A DNA stretch of 64,000 nt. Source: Paragordius varius. Its lineage: Eukaryota; Animalia; Nematomorpha. The stretch covers positions 2,418,001 through 2,482,000 of the forward strand of contig OZ176055.1 in assembly GCA_964247055.1 (NCBI GenBank), given 5' to 3'. This document shows, piece after piece, positions 38,746 through 52,700 of the stretch (the first letter of the stretch is position 1; every line of letters begins with the position of its first letter). Made by a program: the position numbers and the translations under genes. The notes under the pieces are model-generated. The model saw only the letters and a program-made list of their open reading frames with translations. It ran no database searches and was not told where the DNA came from.

Positions 38746-40787
38746 TTGCCATCAAAAATTTTAAAAAACAGATCTCTTTTAAAATTTGATTTGGAAAAAA
38801 TTAAAAACGATTATGTTATATAGGATTGAAAGTTTTTAAACATTTTTTATATAATTCAATGATGCTTCTTAACTCATAGTTATAATTTAAGGATTCTGTC
38901 TACAAATTATTTTATGAATTACAGTTGTTTAAAGTCAAATACACTTTGGGCACAAGATCAGATGTGATAAAAATGTCATTATTTATGAGGAATGATATTA
39001 GAATATCTTTACTTATTTTTACACCCTTTCTGTCATACCCAAAAATATGATAAAATATGCTTCATAAATTATATAAATAGCTCAAGTTTTTAATCTAAAA
39101 AATATTTTGATGTCAAAATTTAGCATATAATATTTTTATTCCTAAATATCGGTGTTTTTGCTTTTAGTTTAACACCTGAATACATCACAATCAGGCATTT
39201 TAGAATCAAATATTTCTAAAATTTAAAAAATTTAACCATTGCAAAATTTTTTCAAAAAATTAGATCCCGGAAAATGTGGCCTGCTCCTCACTGCCACTGT
39301 CCTCACAGGATGACCCTTACCGCCTTCCTAAGCTTTTGCACGCCTCAGGGCAGAGAATGTCAATCATTCTTCAGGGCTTCTAACTTATTTTTTAAATAAA
39401 TCAATAAAATTTAACTAACATAACATGTATGAATCAGCTATGCAAAAATGAATATTAGACCACTTTTTCAGTTCAATATAACGCTAGAATTTTTTTAAAA
39501 AAATCACTTTTTTAATATGAAAATAGTATCATAGTTGGATACGGACCTTTTTTCAAAGAATATTAGATATATTTACTTATTTATACAATTTTTATCAGAA
39601 AAAAGGTTATATGTCAATGAGAACCGTCCCCAATTACATAAATATGTTTTGGGGTCACTAGTTAGACCAATTCAAATTGAAGTGATATAAACTATATATA
39701 TATTTTTGAATATCTAATATTAATTTTTTTTAGTATGATGCACAAAATTTAAGGTTTTTAGATATGGCGCAATTACTACGAAAGTTATATTTATATCACT
39801 TGAAACTAAAAGATTAATAAAAATAAGCATTTTTTAAGAAAATATATTATCAAGATGAATTTTATAACCCTGCACTGTGTTATATGTCCATATTTTAATT
39901 AATTATGGCCGGTTATATACCCAAAAGAAATTGAAATATAAATATTTAAGTATATTTATAACACTATGACTCTAAATATAGCCTGTTAAAATATAATGAT
40001 AGAATGTATCAGGATTATCATGGTATTTTTGTCTTTTACGAGTAATTTAAAAAGATTCTTAATACTTTTAAATGTAAAAAATGATTTGCGCACATTTTTT
40101 TAAAAAAATGCTTTATTCCAAAAAGTATTACTAAAATATATCATAAACTAGGCAAACAATTTTTTTGAAATATTTTCCTTTAAAACTCCGGAAGATTTCT
40201 TAAAATGGATACAAAATGCCATAATTGCTTTATAAAATTTTTAACTATATTTTAAATTTTGATATCAACTATAAATATTTTTCAAAAATGTTACGCTATT
40301 TTTAGGCATAAAAAACTGTATAAGACCATCTAAAAATTCTAAAATTAATTTCTCTAACCTTAAAAATTTTTATGTTTGTTCGTCATCAAGTTTATGTTAA
40401 ATATAAATTGTGTTTCTTTCAAAATTTGGTCGAATTCGAAAGCAAAATCTTTATATTTAAAGGAAGCGATAGTTCCTCATTTTAAATTATATAGATAATT
40501 TTTTTAATCTGAAAGCGTTTTTACCGTTTCCATTAGCCTCTATTTTTTATACCCCTAATTTCGGCATGAGTAAAGAACGAAATGGCAATAAAAAAATAAA
40601 TAAGGGTTGTTGCTAAAGAAATTACTCTTTCGTAAATATATTTAGCTTTTATCTATTGTAAAAAATCTTACCTTATGATATATAGCGCAAATATTAAAAA
40701 CTATATAAAATTCAGCAATAGAGTTGGTAATATTTTAACATTTGTCACTTTCAAAAGTTATTCGACATGCTTATTTTTTGGAGGCCT

Positions 40788-43700
40788 ATGGCAAAAATAT
40801 ATGTTATATTTACGTGTCCGAACAAAAATATTATTGATTACATCAATACAAGTTGCTTTAAGATAATCAAATAGATGTAATTCGATTTTTGAAATATCAT
40901 ATATCGAATCATGTAAAATACAGTTGTATTTTGGACCGAGATATTTATGGTAGTGGGGGTGCTACATTAAATGCATTAATATATGCAGTTGAGCTTATAA
41001 GCGCTCTTGAAGGCTACAAAAATGTGAACATGGATATATTGGCCAAATACTTGATTGTCATTATAAATATTGTAAAAATTCATAGATATAATATTATAAA
41101 AGGGAGATGTTTCACTATCTTATCCATATGGAGGAACAGCATTTACTTTAGCAAATAATTCAAATTTATGTTTATACAATTGCGTGGCAATCGTTAAATC
41201 TATTCTTAGGCATTTGACAAATAATTGGAGCCTAGTCGGTTTATGGATAGCCAGCACATCTATGCTGTTGAATTTAAAAGAATATATAGGTAATAATTTA
41301 TATGAAAACATTATAAACAGGACTCCGGATTCGGAGTTTTGCTTGAGGTAATATCTATTCATATTTCAAGCATATAATTTTACGTAACTCATGCCCTTGT
41401 GTAAAACTAAATATTTTACCCACCCAGCCAATACCGCGGGCAGGTGGAAATACAATTTCATAATATTAATTCATAATTTTTGCAAAAATTGGATACAATA
41501 TTTGTTTGACAAATGAGTTTATCGATTCCAATCCAAAAGATGCGAAAAATATTTAATAAACTTAGTATTAATATTTTAAGAGTTTCAAAAAATACATAGT
41601 ATTCATTTTAAGGCTGGCTTAGTCACACTCGATCAATTGGCAACACCGTAGTGTATGAAAAAAAACAATATATTCCATTGTAAAATAGAAAAAATTGTTT
41701 TTTTCAGCATTTTGTGGCTTTTTTCCTTGCCTTACTGGGTTGCCACTTGACAAACTTAAAATATGTACACTGTAATAAAAGCGCTATCGCAATGTAAATT
41801 TCAATCTTTGAATTTTAACAAATAAATTAGAATGGTTTATTTAATTATCTTGCATCTTTGGTAATTTTAACAATAAATCCCATAATGTATATAAAGGTCA
41901 TCAATATTAGCTTATTATTATTTTAATCATAAAATAAAAAAGCTTTTTTTGAAAAAAGAACCATATGAACAAAACATTTAATATTGCATTCGTAATATAC
42001 TTTTTCAAATTAAAATTAAAAAGTTATTGTATATTTATACTCATTTTGCGAAAAGATACGCACATTAATTTCGATTGCCTTGCCTTTAGATAGTTTGAGT
42101 TTTGTAATATTGAATCTTAAAATAGGGAAACACTTAAATCTTTATATTATGATTTTTATATAGAAATCGATAAGGATTTGTGCCAAATTATATCTATTCC
42201 AGTACCGATAGAAAATGTTGTGAACCAACATGGATTTTTCACATTAGATAACAATGTAAATATTTCGTTTTTTTAGATGAAAGATAATTTTTTTTTAAGC
42301 ATTACTAATAAATTTTTATATAACCGAATTTAATTTTAAAAAAGTATTTTCTTTTTATTAATAATAAGAATTACATTATTTTTTAACAGGGGAATGTTGA
42401 AGCCCTACATTATCGCAAAACTTTGTCACAAATTTCAAATATTTTGCATGTGAACGCAAATTGTACGGAAAAAGTTCCAGTTGTACTTGGTCTAATCTTT
42501 TTACCTTGTTGTGTTGTTGGAAAACTCATTGAGTTTTATGTTAATTCACCTTTAAAGTTAATTTCAATCGAAGATGTTAATGATACATCTTTGTCGTCGT
42601 TTAAGGTATTTTTGTGGTATACTATATTTTTTGTAATTTTTTTAGTATATTAATCAATATAAGCTATATTTTAATCCGATATCAGAATCATTTAAATAAC
42701 AATAGTATCGTATAACAAAAATTTTTTATAGAACCCGTTTTTTTCAAAAAATATGCAAAAACCAATTCCAATCCTACATTAATCAAATATTCACCCAATT
42801 ATTTTTCTCTATTTATAGATTTTATTGTTCTTTGACATACTTTATCCAATGTTTAGTGGCGCTAAGGCAAATGATTTTATTAACAAAGATATACCCCTGC
42901 AATATATACCTATCCGTAGATTTTTGTGGGATACATTGCATAATTACGACCTTAAGATTGGTGAGCGTGATTTTTTGTAGAATATGTTTTATACTGTTTT
43001 AACTTTGTATATTAAATTAATCCAAAATCCTTTTTTATCAGTAAATTATAATTCTAATAATATACCATTTGCACTTCAAGAGTGTCCTTGAACACTTCAA
43101 GTTGGTCCTTAAACATTTCAAGTTGGTCCTTGAACAATTTAATTGGTCTTTGAACATTTCAAGTTGGTCCTTGAACACTTCAAGTTGGTCCGTAAGAATT
43201 ATAATATTGATTTTATCAAAATTTTTGCATATATTTTTGTTTTATTATTTATTAACCTAATTTTCTTTATTTATTACACTGCTCAACAAGGTTTTGTACC
43301 ATTATCTTTGCATTTTCTGATACCTATTGGCATGGAAATGTCATAACAAAAAAGAAAATTGAGGCTACCAATAGGATTTTTCCAAAATCTAATTTTTAAA
43401 TTTGTATTTAATTCAAAAATAACAATCATTCCTCGTGTACATATGTTCAAATATTCAAACGAGCAGGTCATTACAAGTAATATTCCATGCATGGATAACA
43501 AATTCTAGGCATTAAATAAGATACTAAACAAGCTAAGAGCCAAAGTCAAAATCTAAAAGGGGCTTATGTATAGTGTGATAGATATGGGCGGCTGCACAAG
43601 CTCTGCATATCCCCCAAACGATCCTATAATTATGCCAGATATGGCAAAGATATTTTAAGTTATCGTAAAGCCTGATAAGAGAGACTTTCAAGCAAAATTC

Positions 43701-46700
43701 ATGCAAAGTGACATGTCAAATTAACCAATTCACAGAATAAAGTTAGATAAATTCTACAATTAAATTGAATATAAATTAGGTAAATACAAATGGTCCAACC
43801 CCAAAACAGTAAATTCTACTAAAAGTAGCTACCCAACAATTATCTGAAATTCAAAATACAAAACAACCAATAATTTTAAGAAAATAAAGTGTATCCACTA
43901 GGTATAATATAAGGATTTTTTATAAGAACCAACTCAAGAGAAAAAGTCTAATAAGTACTCGAAAGAAAAACTAACGAAAAAATATAGCCTATCTAAAAGC
44001 CGAAGGTTTAAACCATAGAATGCCTTTTTAGTATTTTTTTAAAAAAATTTTATACGTATTAAAAATTCACTTGAAAGAAAAAGACTAAATTTTGGCGTTT
44101 AAGTCCGTACTATTTTTTTCTTTCTGATATTTAAATGACATATTTATATTCAAAAGATAGAGTTTAAAACGCTTTGTTAAATGATATTAAGTTTATAATA
44201 TAATAACATTTTATTATAAAGTTATATGTAATTTTCTCTCGATTTTCTCTTGTTTTTGCAAAATTAAAAAACCTATAATATTTCAAAATTCTGATTGGCG
44301 GGATTAAAAAATTTTTCACATTCGGTTTTTAAACACTGAAATTAGTCATAATTTGAAAGTTTGAGTGGTGGTGCTCAAAAATGTCCAAATTTGTCGACTA
44401 GTGTTATATATTCATTTAAAAATAAAAATTTTTATTTAAAAACCACATTTTTGTTTCAAACTCTTTTTTTTAATTGAATAAAATTATTGACTTTTAAATG
44501 TTTTTAATGAAAATTTTATAACCCAGAAAATTTACATATTTTTTCATTTCGTGGTAAAATCTTTATTTCGTGGTAAAATCTTATAAATATCCAAAATTAT
44601 TTTAAGAAATCGATAAAGATATACGGTTTCTCAAAGATTTAAAGTTGATATCGATTTAAAATTTATGTTAAATAATAGAAAATAGGTTAAAAACAATAAA
44701 ATAGATGAAATATAATACGATTTGTTTGATAAAAGTTAAATACAAAACAAAACAAAAAGTCAAAGGACCAACTTGAATTGTTCAAGGACCAACTTGAAAT
44801 GTTCAATGACCAACTTGAAGTGTTTAAGGACACTCTTGAAGTGCAAATGGTATATTTTATTATTTCTTTTAGTGCTTCCAAAGAATGGGACTGTAAAATT
44901 TTTACATGCTTATGAAGGTTATATCAACCCAAATTTATCAGCAATTAATTATACAACTGTGTTTTGCAATGAAACTTTTTTGACCTCTACAGCTAAAAGC
45001 ATTTTAAATTTTGGCCATGGATCTTATGGTTTTGGATTGATTAATTTATTTAAAAAATGTGGTGAATACTTAAATTCAAAAATTGATGACATAAAAGTTC
45101 CAGATAATACCTTAATATATTGTGTGGATATAAATGTGGATTGGGATAATGTAAATAGTAATTAATAATGATAAATTTAAAGGTAAAGGGCAAGGGCAAT
45201 TAAAATCAGCTGATTTGAATGCCAAAAACAATCAAATTATTTATGTGATTGGTACAAACGATAATATTGAGGTATATTATATTTTTATAGACCAAAGTTT
45301 AGGATAACGCTTATTAGAGAGCTTAAATTCATAATAGCAAAAGCTACTCATAAAACCTTAATTGCCATATAAAATGATAATTGTTATTAATAGAGTTCAA
45401 TATATATTATACGTGATATTTTTTATATAAGAATATATATAATTAGGCTAGTTTTTACTCTAAAATTGAATCTTATTATTATAAACTTTAATTTATTTAT
45501 AAAACTGTCCTTTTTATATTGTTATATTATATATTTTGTATAGATTGAACAAAATATTACATTGTTCGGGAAACTATTAACCGATTTTTTAACCGCACAC
45601 AACATTATGGATATACATGATATTTGGCCCGAATCTGAGATCACAAAAAACGATTTTAACAGTATCATAGTAAATTATCTGATTTTACTAGATTTAATAT
45701 ATTTTAGCGTTGTCAAAACCTTTACAATGCAAAATTATTTCCACTTTTTGTGACGCGTGAAGAATTTTTTAACTATTCCATTCCATTCATCCAATGGTTC
45801 ATGCAAAATGATAACTCAATAAGTGATAAAACATTGAGCTCCTTTAATTATTCACAGTAAATCATTTTATTTTCATAGCTTTATTTTTGACATATAAAAG
45901 TAAATTTTATTAAATTTCTTTTTTTTGGTAGATGGAAAAAGTGTACACGGTTGTCTTTACGTGAAATCTATCAAAATCTTGATGTATCATCCATGTTTAA
46001 TTATCAAAAGTATATGATTGTTATATATTTTTTCCAAACAATTTTGTTACTTTAACCCATTTATAATTATTAATTATTCAGAGAGTTTTGGTTATGTAAA
46101 ATGGATAGTGAAATTATGAGCAATAATTTTGACCCATCAGTTACATTACCTTTAACAAAGTTGTATTTGGATGATTGGGATTTATTACCTATCTGGTTTA
46201 CTAGTAATTAATTAATATAGTTAATATTTAGTTAATAATCAGTTATTTCTCTTAATATTTGGTCATATTTTATACCATTTACTAAAACCCCCCTTGAACA
46301 ATTCGAATTCACGCTAAAAATTAATTATGGGTTTTTCGGATAATATAACTTATTATTTATATGAAATTTATCCTTATGGCATTTATTTTTCAGTATTATA
46401 TTAATTTTGACCAAAATTTTTTTAAAAAAACACATATTTTATTTAAGCTGAAATTAAATTGTTCAAAATATTGTTGAGGAATATACATATAAACAAAAGC
46501 TACACACACCGTTTAAAAAATGCACCAGCCCAAACCATTTTTTTACATCAAAAATATTTCCAGAAGATTTAGATAATAAGGTTTTGATTTTTGCTTCATA
46601 TACATATACTATATATATATATATATATATATATAAACTTGGTAGTTTGTAGTTTATATTTTTATATTTTGTGCTAATTGATTAACACGGAAACTAAATT

Positions 46701-49700
46701 GAACATTAAATATACATATCATTTTACACGATTTTTAATTTAAGGTTTAAAGACACAGGCTCAAACATTGGATGATCTAAACCCTTTTATGACTACTATA
46801 ACAATTAAATCAGACAATGATGATGGTAAAAGAAGGATGGATATGATGGAACTTAAAAAAGCTGAAATATATTTTATAAGTTTGGGCCATTTGTGTCGCA
46901 CGCTAACAATCATCTCAGATTACATTGCGTTGTGTTGTGGACCACGGGGTGGTTTATTGTTAGGCATTGCCTTACATAAAAAACATTATTCTACCATACT
47001 TAATCATATAAATGTTTGCGTTTTTTTTTCATTACAATTTATTTGAGTTAATACTTATATTAATAATTTTTGATAAAAAAAACCTATATTTAATCGGAAA
47101 ATGCTTAAAACTATTATTGACTTTAATCTAAAGATAATTTACCGTATTTATTCTTTTATTTGTTTAAATCAGGGTTGTACACACAAATTCTACGCATGCT
47201 TTAATAATTTTTTGTTTTATTAATTTGGAGCTTGATTTCTAATATCTTCTCAATAATCGTAAATTTTTGATTAAAATCCAATGTTTTATTTTTTTAACAA
47301 TTTTTTTTCATGCATTTTTCCAAATAAGTTTGTTGGATATCCCTGGTTTACCAAATAAATAAGAACAATTTATAATACTGCACATCAAAATCAATAAATA
47401 TTTTTTATTAAAAAACATATGAAAATCGAAATAAGCTTTAAATGTTATCATAATTATGATATTTGATTAAATATTTTTTTCAGAACAATCAAATAGTTAA
47501 AGCCATTGCAAATATTTTGGCTTATTGCACCGTACCTTTATCAAACAAAAACCCTGATGAACAAATGAATATAGCGCGTATTTTCTATCAAACATCGCAA
47601 TACATTTTGGCTAAACAAATGTCCCTAATGTACCAAGTTTTAAATTCATTTCCTTATTAGCATTCTATAATCCTGCAAATCAGATAGTTTTCCAAATAAT
47701 ATTAGCATTTTAATTAATATTATAGAGTTCTTTAATTGATTATCCAAATAATTAGTTAGAATCTTTTCAACATTTGTTGATCACAGGTTTCGAATTTACC
47801 TTCGAACAATTCGAATTCACCCTAAAAATAAATTATGTCTTTTCAGACTATATATTATTATTATTAATATGAAATATTGCTTTGTGCTATATCTCATTAT
47901 TTTTCAGTATTATGTTAATTTTGAACGAAATTTCATTTTTCAAATACATGTATTATTGGTTTACCCAGTTATTGGGATTCAATGGATTAATTTACGATAT
48001 ATATCTCTATCATTTGTTGCGTGTCGAAGTATGTTCACGAATTAAAATGTTCTATGATCTGAGTCCAAGTTGTTTTAGACCTCCCTTTTCGGTTAAGGGC
48101 AGGTATCTGTGAATCAAGAATTTCTTTTGCAGGTGAGTCTATACTGGATCTGTCTATGTGTCCAAAATACCGAAGTCTATTTGATCTGATTAAAGCTGTT
48201 ATTGGTTCTAGTTCATTTTTGGTAGAATTTATCATCATTTTTAGCATTTTTTCCGTTTTTTCCAATCTTGATTTTAATGTTTTTGTAATTGCCTAGGATT
48301 CACAGGCGTAGGTTAGGGTAAGGCGGACACCCACTTTATACATTTTGATTTTATTTTTTACGGTTATGTCTTTATGTGTCAATACATATTTGAGTTGGTT
48401 AAATTTTGCAGCCGAGTATTCTATGTTATATGGTTGTTTGAGGGTCCCCATTATTATTACTGATATTACCTAAATAGGTGAAATTGTTGACGATTTCGAA
48501 ACTAAAATATACTAAACTCTCTAGATTTAGGGATGTTTGATTTCCCTGATATACAGTTTTGGCATTTAAAATTTTTATTATCAATTAATTTTCCTTTCAG
48601 GTTAGTGCATTTTTTGAGTACTTTTTACAAGATACATAAAATGGAATTTGTTTTAACCTCTTTGCAAATAGAGCAGTGATATTTTATGGTTCTTTTTTCA
48701 TCTCCTGTGATCATTACCTTTGTCTTTCCATATTTATTTTAGACCATGTTTTTGGATGCAGGTATGCCATTTGAGGTATGAATTTTCAGCTAATTTTGGC
48801 TCTTGTATGAAAATGCACAAAGCTGTGTTAAAACACCAGTTGGAAACACAAATTATTTTAACATGAATATAGGCCTCTATCAGGGCTCAACTGTATGCCC
48901 ACTACTGTTCATAATAAAAATGAATTATATAAGCAGAGACTTTGCAGCTGTGTCACCATGGAACATGCTGTACGCCGATTAACAGAAAAAGCACATAAAC
49001 TGAAAATTTCATACTTCAAATGGCATATGCTTCCAAAAGAAAAATTTTTTTAGATACATAAAAAATATAGAGGTAATTTTAAATTTTCAAAAATTTAAAT
49101 TATTTCAGGGTTAATTTGAATTGTTCAAGAGGAATTTGAGGTGTAAATTGTATATGAATTATTTTATAAATATAAATTTTATTGATTTGTGTTGAATTAT
49201 TTCCAATCTTAATGTTAGTAATGAATGGTTATGATCGTAAATGACTGCATTATAAGCGGTTAAAACTTTTTAATGTTGTTTGACCTATCACAAACCTAGC
49301 TTTTACATTTTTATATACAAATATATCTGCAAAATATTTAAGAAATTAATGCATTAAAATGCACTAAACAATTTATAAATTAATCGATCAAGGACCTAAC
49401 TCTTTTCTTATTAGAGACAATCAATACTATCTAAAAAATATATCATTTTTAAACATAAAACATTATTCAAACCATAATATATTTTTTGACTGGTCGAAAA
49501 ACATAAAAAATGTCTTAGATAAATTTGTGAAAATAAATTATATTGATAACTTAATCCTAACTTTTATTGTGGATAAAATTTTCCAGTATAATTTTTCTTA
49601 TATATTATTTACGAATCTCACTCTCAAATGAATTATATGTTTTTAAGATTAAAAAATCACCTATAATTTTATATATTTTTAAAAATAAATTTTTGTTTTA

Positions 49701-52700
49701 ATTTTAAATAATACGGAAAATATAATAAATTATGCCATAAGAATATATTTTTTATTTTTATAATGAGATTTATTAGTTTGAAAAGACTCATCTCTATTTT
49801 TAGGGGGTTATGATTTGAATTGTTTATGAGGGCGAATTTGAACTGTAAATGGTGTGTGTATCTTACATTTTTTTGTTACTATTTATAAACTCAAATATAA
49901 CGTTATAAGGAACCGATAAACGCGAAACTCCCATTGATTAAAAGTTTTCCGAAATCGCATGTTTGGTTAATTACAGCGCCCGCACGAATTGATTTATGTG
50001 GTGGTTGGACAGATACACCTCCTATATACTTTACTAACAAACACAAAATCTCAAATAGTTTTCGGTATTTTTTTGGTTTTTTTTAAAAAAATGAAGTTAT
50101 AAATATAAAAAAACGTAGAAATGAAAATGCATATATATATATATATATATCCGTCTACTAAAAAAATGAAATAATATGTTTGACCATGAAAAAAAGTATA
50201 TACTAGTCCTTTCATTTTTACGTTTTGTCATCCATCATTATGCTTAAATTTTTACACGCTAAAACTAAAAGGGTCAGTGAAACACTTGTATTTTTTAAAA
50301 CCTCAACCAAAGAAACTAGTCAATTACCTCCAATCATCAGTGGTGCCGTATTAAATATGGCCATAAAGGTTAATGGCCAAAATCCTATTGGTGTTCTCGT
50401 TCGAAAAATGAATAAACCCATGATAGAATTAAGATATGGTACTATAGACACTTCTATATGCCCCTCAAATATTGATGAAGCCGTACGCAATTGTTTTATA
50501 CCATTCAGTACTGATAGTGAAATCAATAATCGTCATAACCCCCATAATATCATAAGGTTTGAACGTTACACAGACTTTACTAACCTCGATCCTAAAAGCA
50601 AAGGTTTAGTTTATACAAATTTTTTATTTTCATCACATTATTATACTGAAGAATCAAATTTTGTCTGCACGTAAAAAAACATTAAGTCCTTATCTTTTTA
50701 TACGCAATAACATTTTCTCATTTTAAAAAAAACTTTATTTTAAACAATATTTTTTAAAATATTATATTTTAACAGTAATTTTCCTACATAATTGTTGAAA
50801 ACAAAGCTTATTTGATCGGTAAAGGTCAGTTTTTTTTCATGAACATCATGATTATTCGTGAGAAATCAACATTTTACAAGAAAAATGTTACTGATTAAAA
50901 TTGTTTTTTTTGCAGAGATTTCAGTATCTTTCTATAAGATTACAATAAATTTTAATAGGGGCATTATTTAAAGCTGCAATTTGTCTTACCCAATTTATAT
51001 GTCTACAATCAACCGTGCAATCAAAAGGCCAAATAGGGCCTTTTATCTATGAAGAAATGTTGGAAAAGTATGGATGTGGTTTCCAATTTTTTATGTTCAC
51101 TGCTGTACCCGAGGGATCAGGTACCATTTTTTGTTATATTTGCATTTTTTAGTGAATCTTTTTACCTCAATTAAAAGTTTGTATAACACCTAAATACTAG
51201 TAATATTTACGGCCTATTTTATTTTAACTTGTTAAATGAAAAAATAAAAAGTTCAATGTCATCAATGAAAGAATATCAATATTTAGATACGTGGGAAAAC
51301 TTTCATAATTTTTTATCAATGAGTTTGTTTTGTTTAAATTTTTATTGTAAGCTATAAAAAAATTACCAATAAATTTATTTGCAAAACTAGATAATAATAT
51401 TTATTAAGAAGTTATTATTACCATATATACTGCATTAATAAAAATTTTTTAGCCCCAAATTTTTATATTCTATATTTATTTTATATAAGGTTTGGGGACA
51501 AGTTCTATTCTTGCTGGATGCTTGTTAGCCACATTTTACACCATACAGAACGTATCTTTTACACGCGATGAAATTATTGAAAAAGTATTAATATTTTATT
51601 GTATGATATAAAAATCAATCTCTTTCTTATATATACTCTTTGCAATATTATTTTGATCATTGGTTTTTTAACATTATTTAATTCCTACTTACAACATTTT
51701 TTATAGCTTGTAATTTATTTATTGAATCTAAGGATTCGATTGCAAAATGTTAATTACATTTCTTTTTTTTCATAAAATATTCATTTTAATAAATAGGTAG
51801 ATACAAAAATTAATTTAATTACATTTTTACCTTTTCATTCACCATTTTGGATTACATTATATTTTAATAAACTTGAATATTGCGTGCATTAACATATTTT
51901 GCATGTCAGGAAAATTTAACCATCTACTTATACGCTATTTTGTTATAAACAAAAAATTTTTTGGCCGATTTTTAAGCTAACACATAAGTTTACCAACATT
52001 ATATTTGATTTTTAAAATGGCTCTATATGCAATTTAGATTTTTGTGTCGATCAATTATTAACTTTAAATTTTCCCAAGAAAAAAGTTTTGAATGTAAATT
52101 ATGACTTAAAATATAAATTTTCTGATAGGTCCTTTTGTTAGAACAAATGCTAAGCACTGGTGGCGGTTGGCAAGATCAAATTGGTGGTATGATGGGTGGC
52201 GTTAATTTTGGTTACACCATTTACAATGGTTACCCATACAAAATTCGTTGTGAAAGAATACTTAATCCATGTATTTTACGGTATTTGGATCGAAATTTAA
52301 TCTTGTTTTACACGGGAAAATCTCGTTTAGCTAAAAATATACTTCAGGTTTTACATATTTTTATTCAATTTTTTATCTAAACTCAAATAAGTCTGTTGGT
52401 ACAGAAAAGAATGTGTTTTTATTTTATCAAGGTTAAAAACTCATAGGTCATTTTAATTCAATTCAGTTTTTTAGAGAAACTATGGGTTTTTTATATATTC
52501 TTAAAACGTTTTAGATCAGTCGTTCCTAACCTTTTTTGTTCACGCGCCACCAAATAAGAATAAAAGTTTTTGCGCCTTATTTAAAAAAAACAAAATAAAA
52601 ATGTAAAATATATTAAAATATTATACCCAATCAATAACATCCTTATATCTGCATTTTTTGAAATATTTCATATCTGACAAATCTTGGATATTCGCACTTA

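Noticed and set aside
40788-42960. Bifunctional fucokinase/GDP-fucose pyrophosphorylase as a novelty
   Set aside because: The N-terminal GSGGAT-containing region is also present in ordinary animal fucokinase; sequence alone gives no evidence of extra activity.
43089-43192. CRISPR-like or coding repeat (ORFs 43069-43260, 43143-43346, 44687-44881)
   Set aside because: Head-to-tail 21-bp units with no spacers, mirrored at 44763-44832; these are TIR sub-repeats in a eukaryotic intron and the ORFs are incidental.
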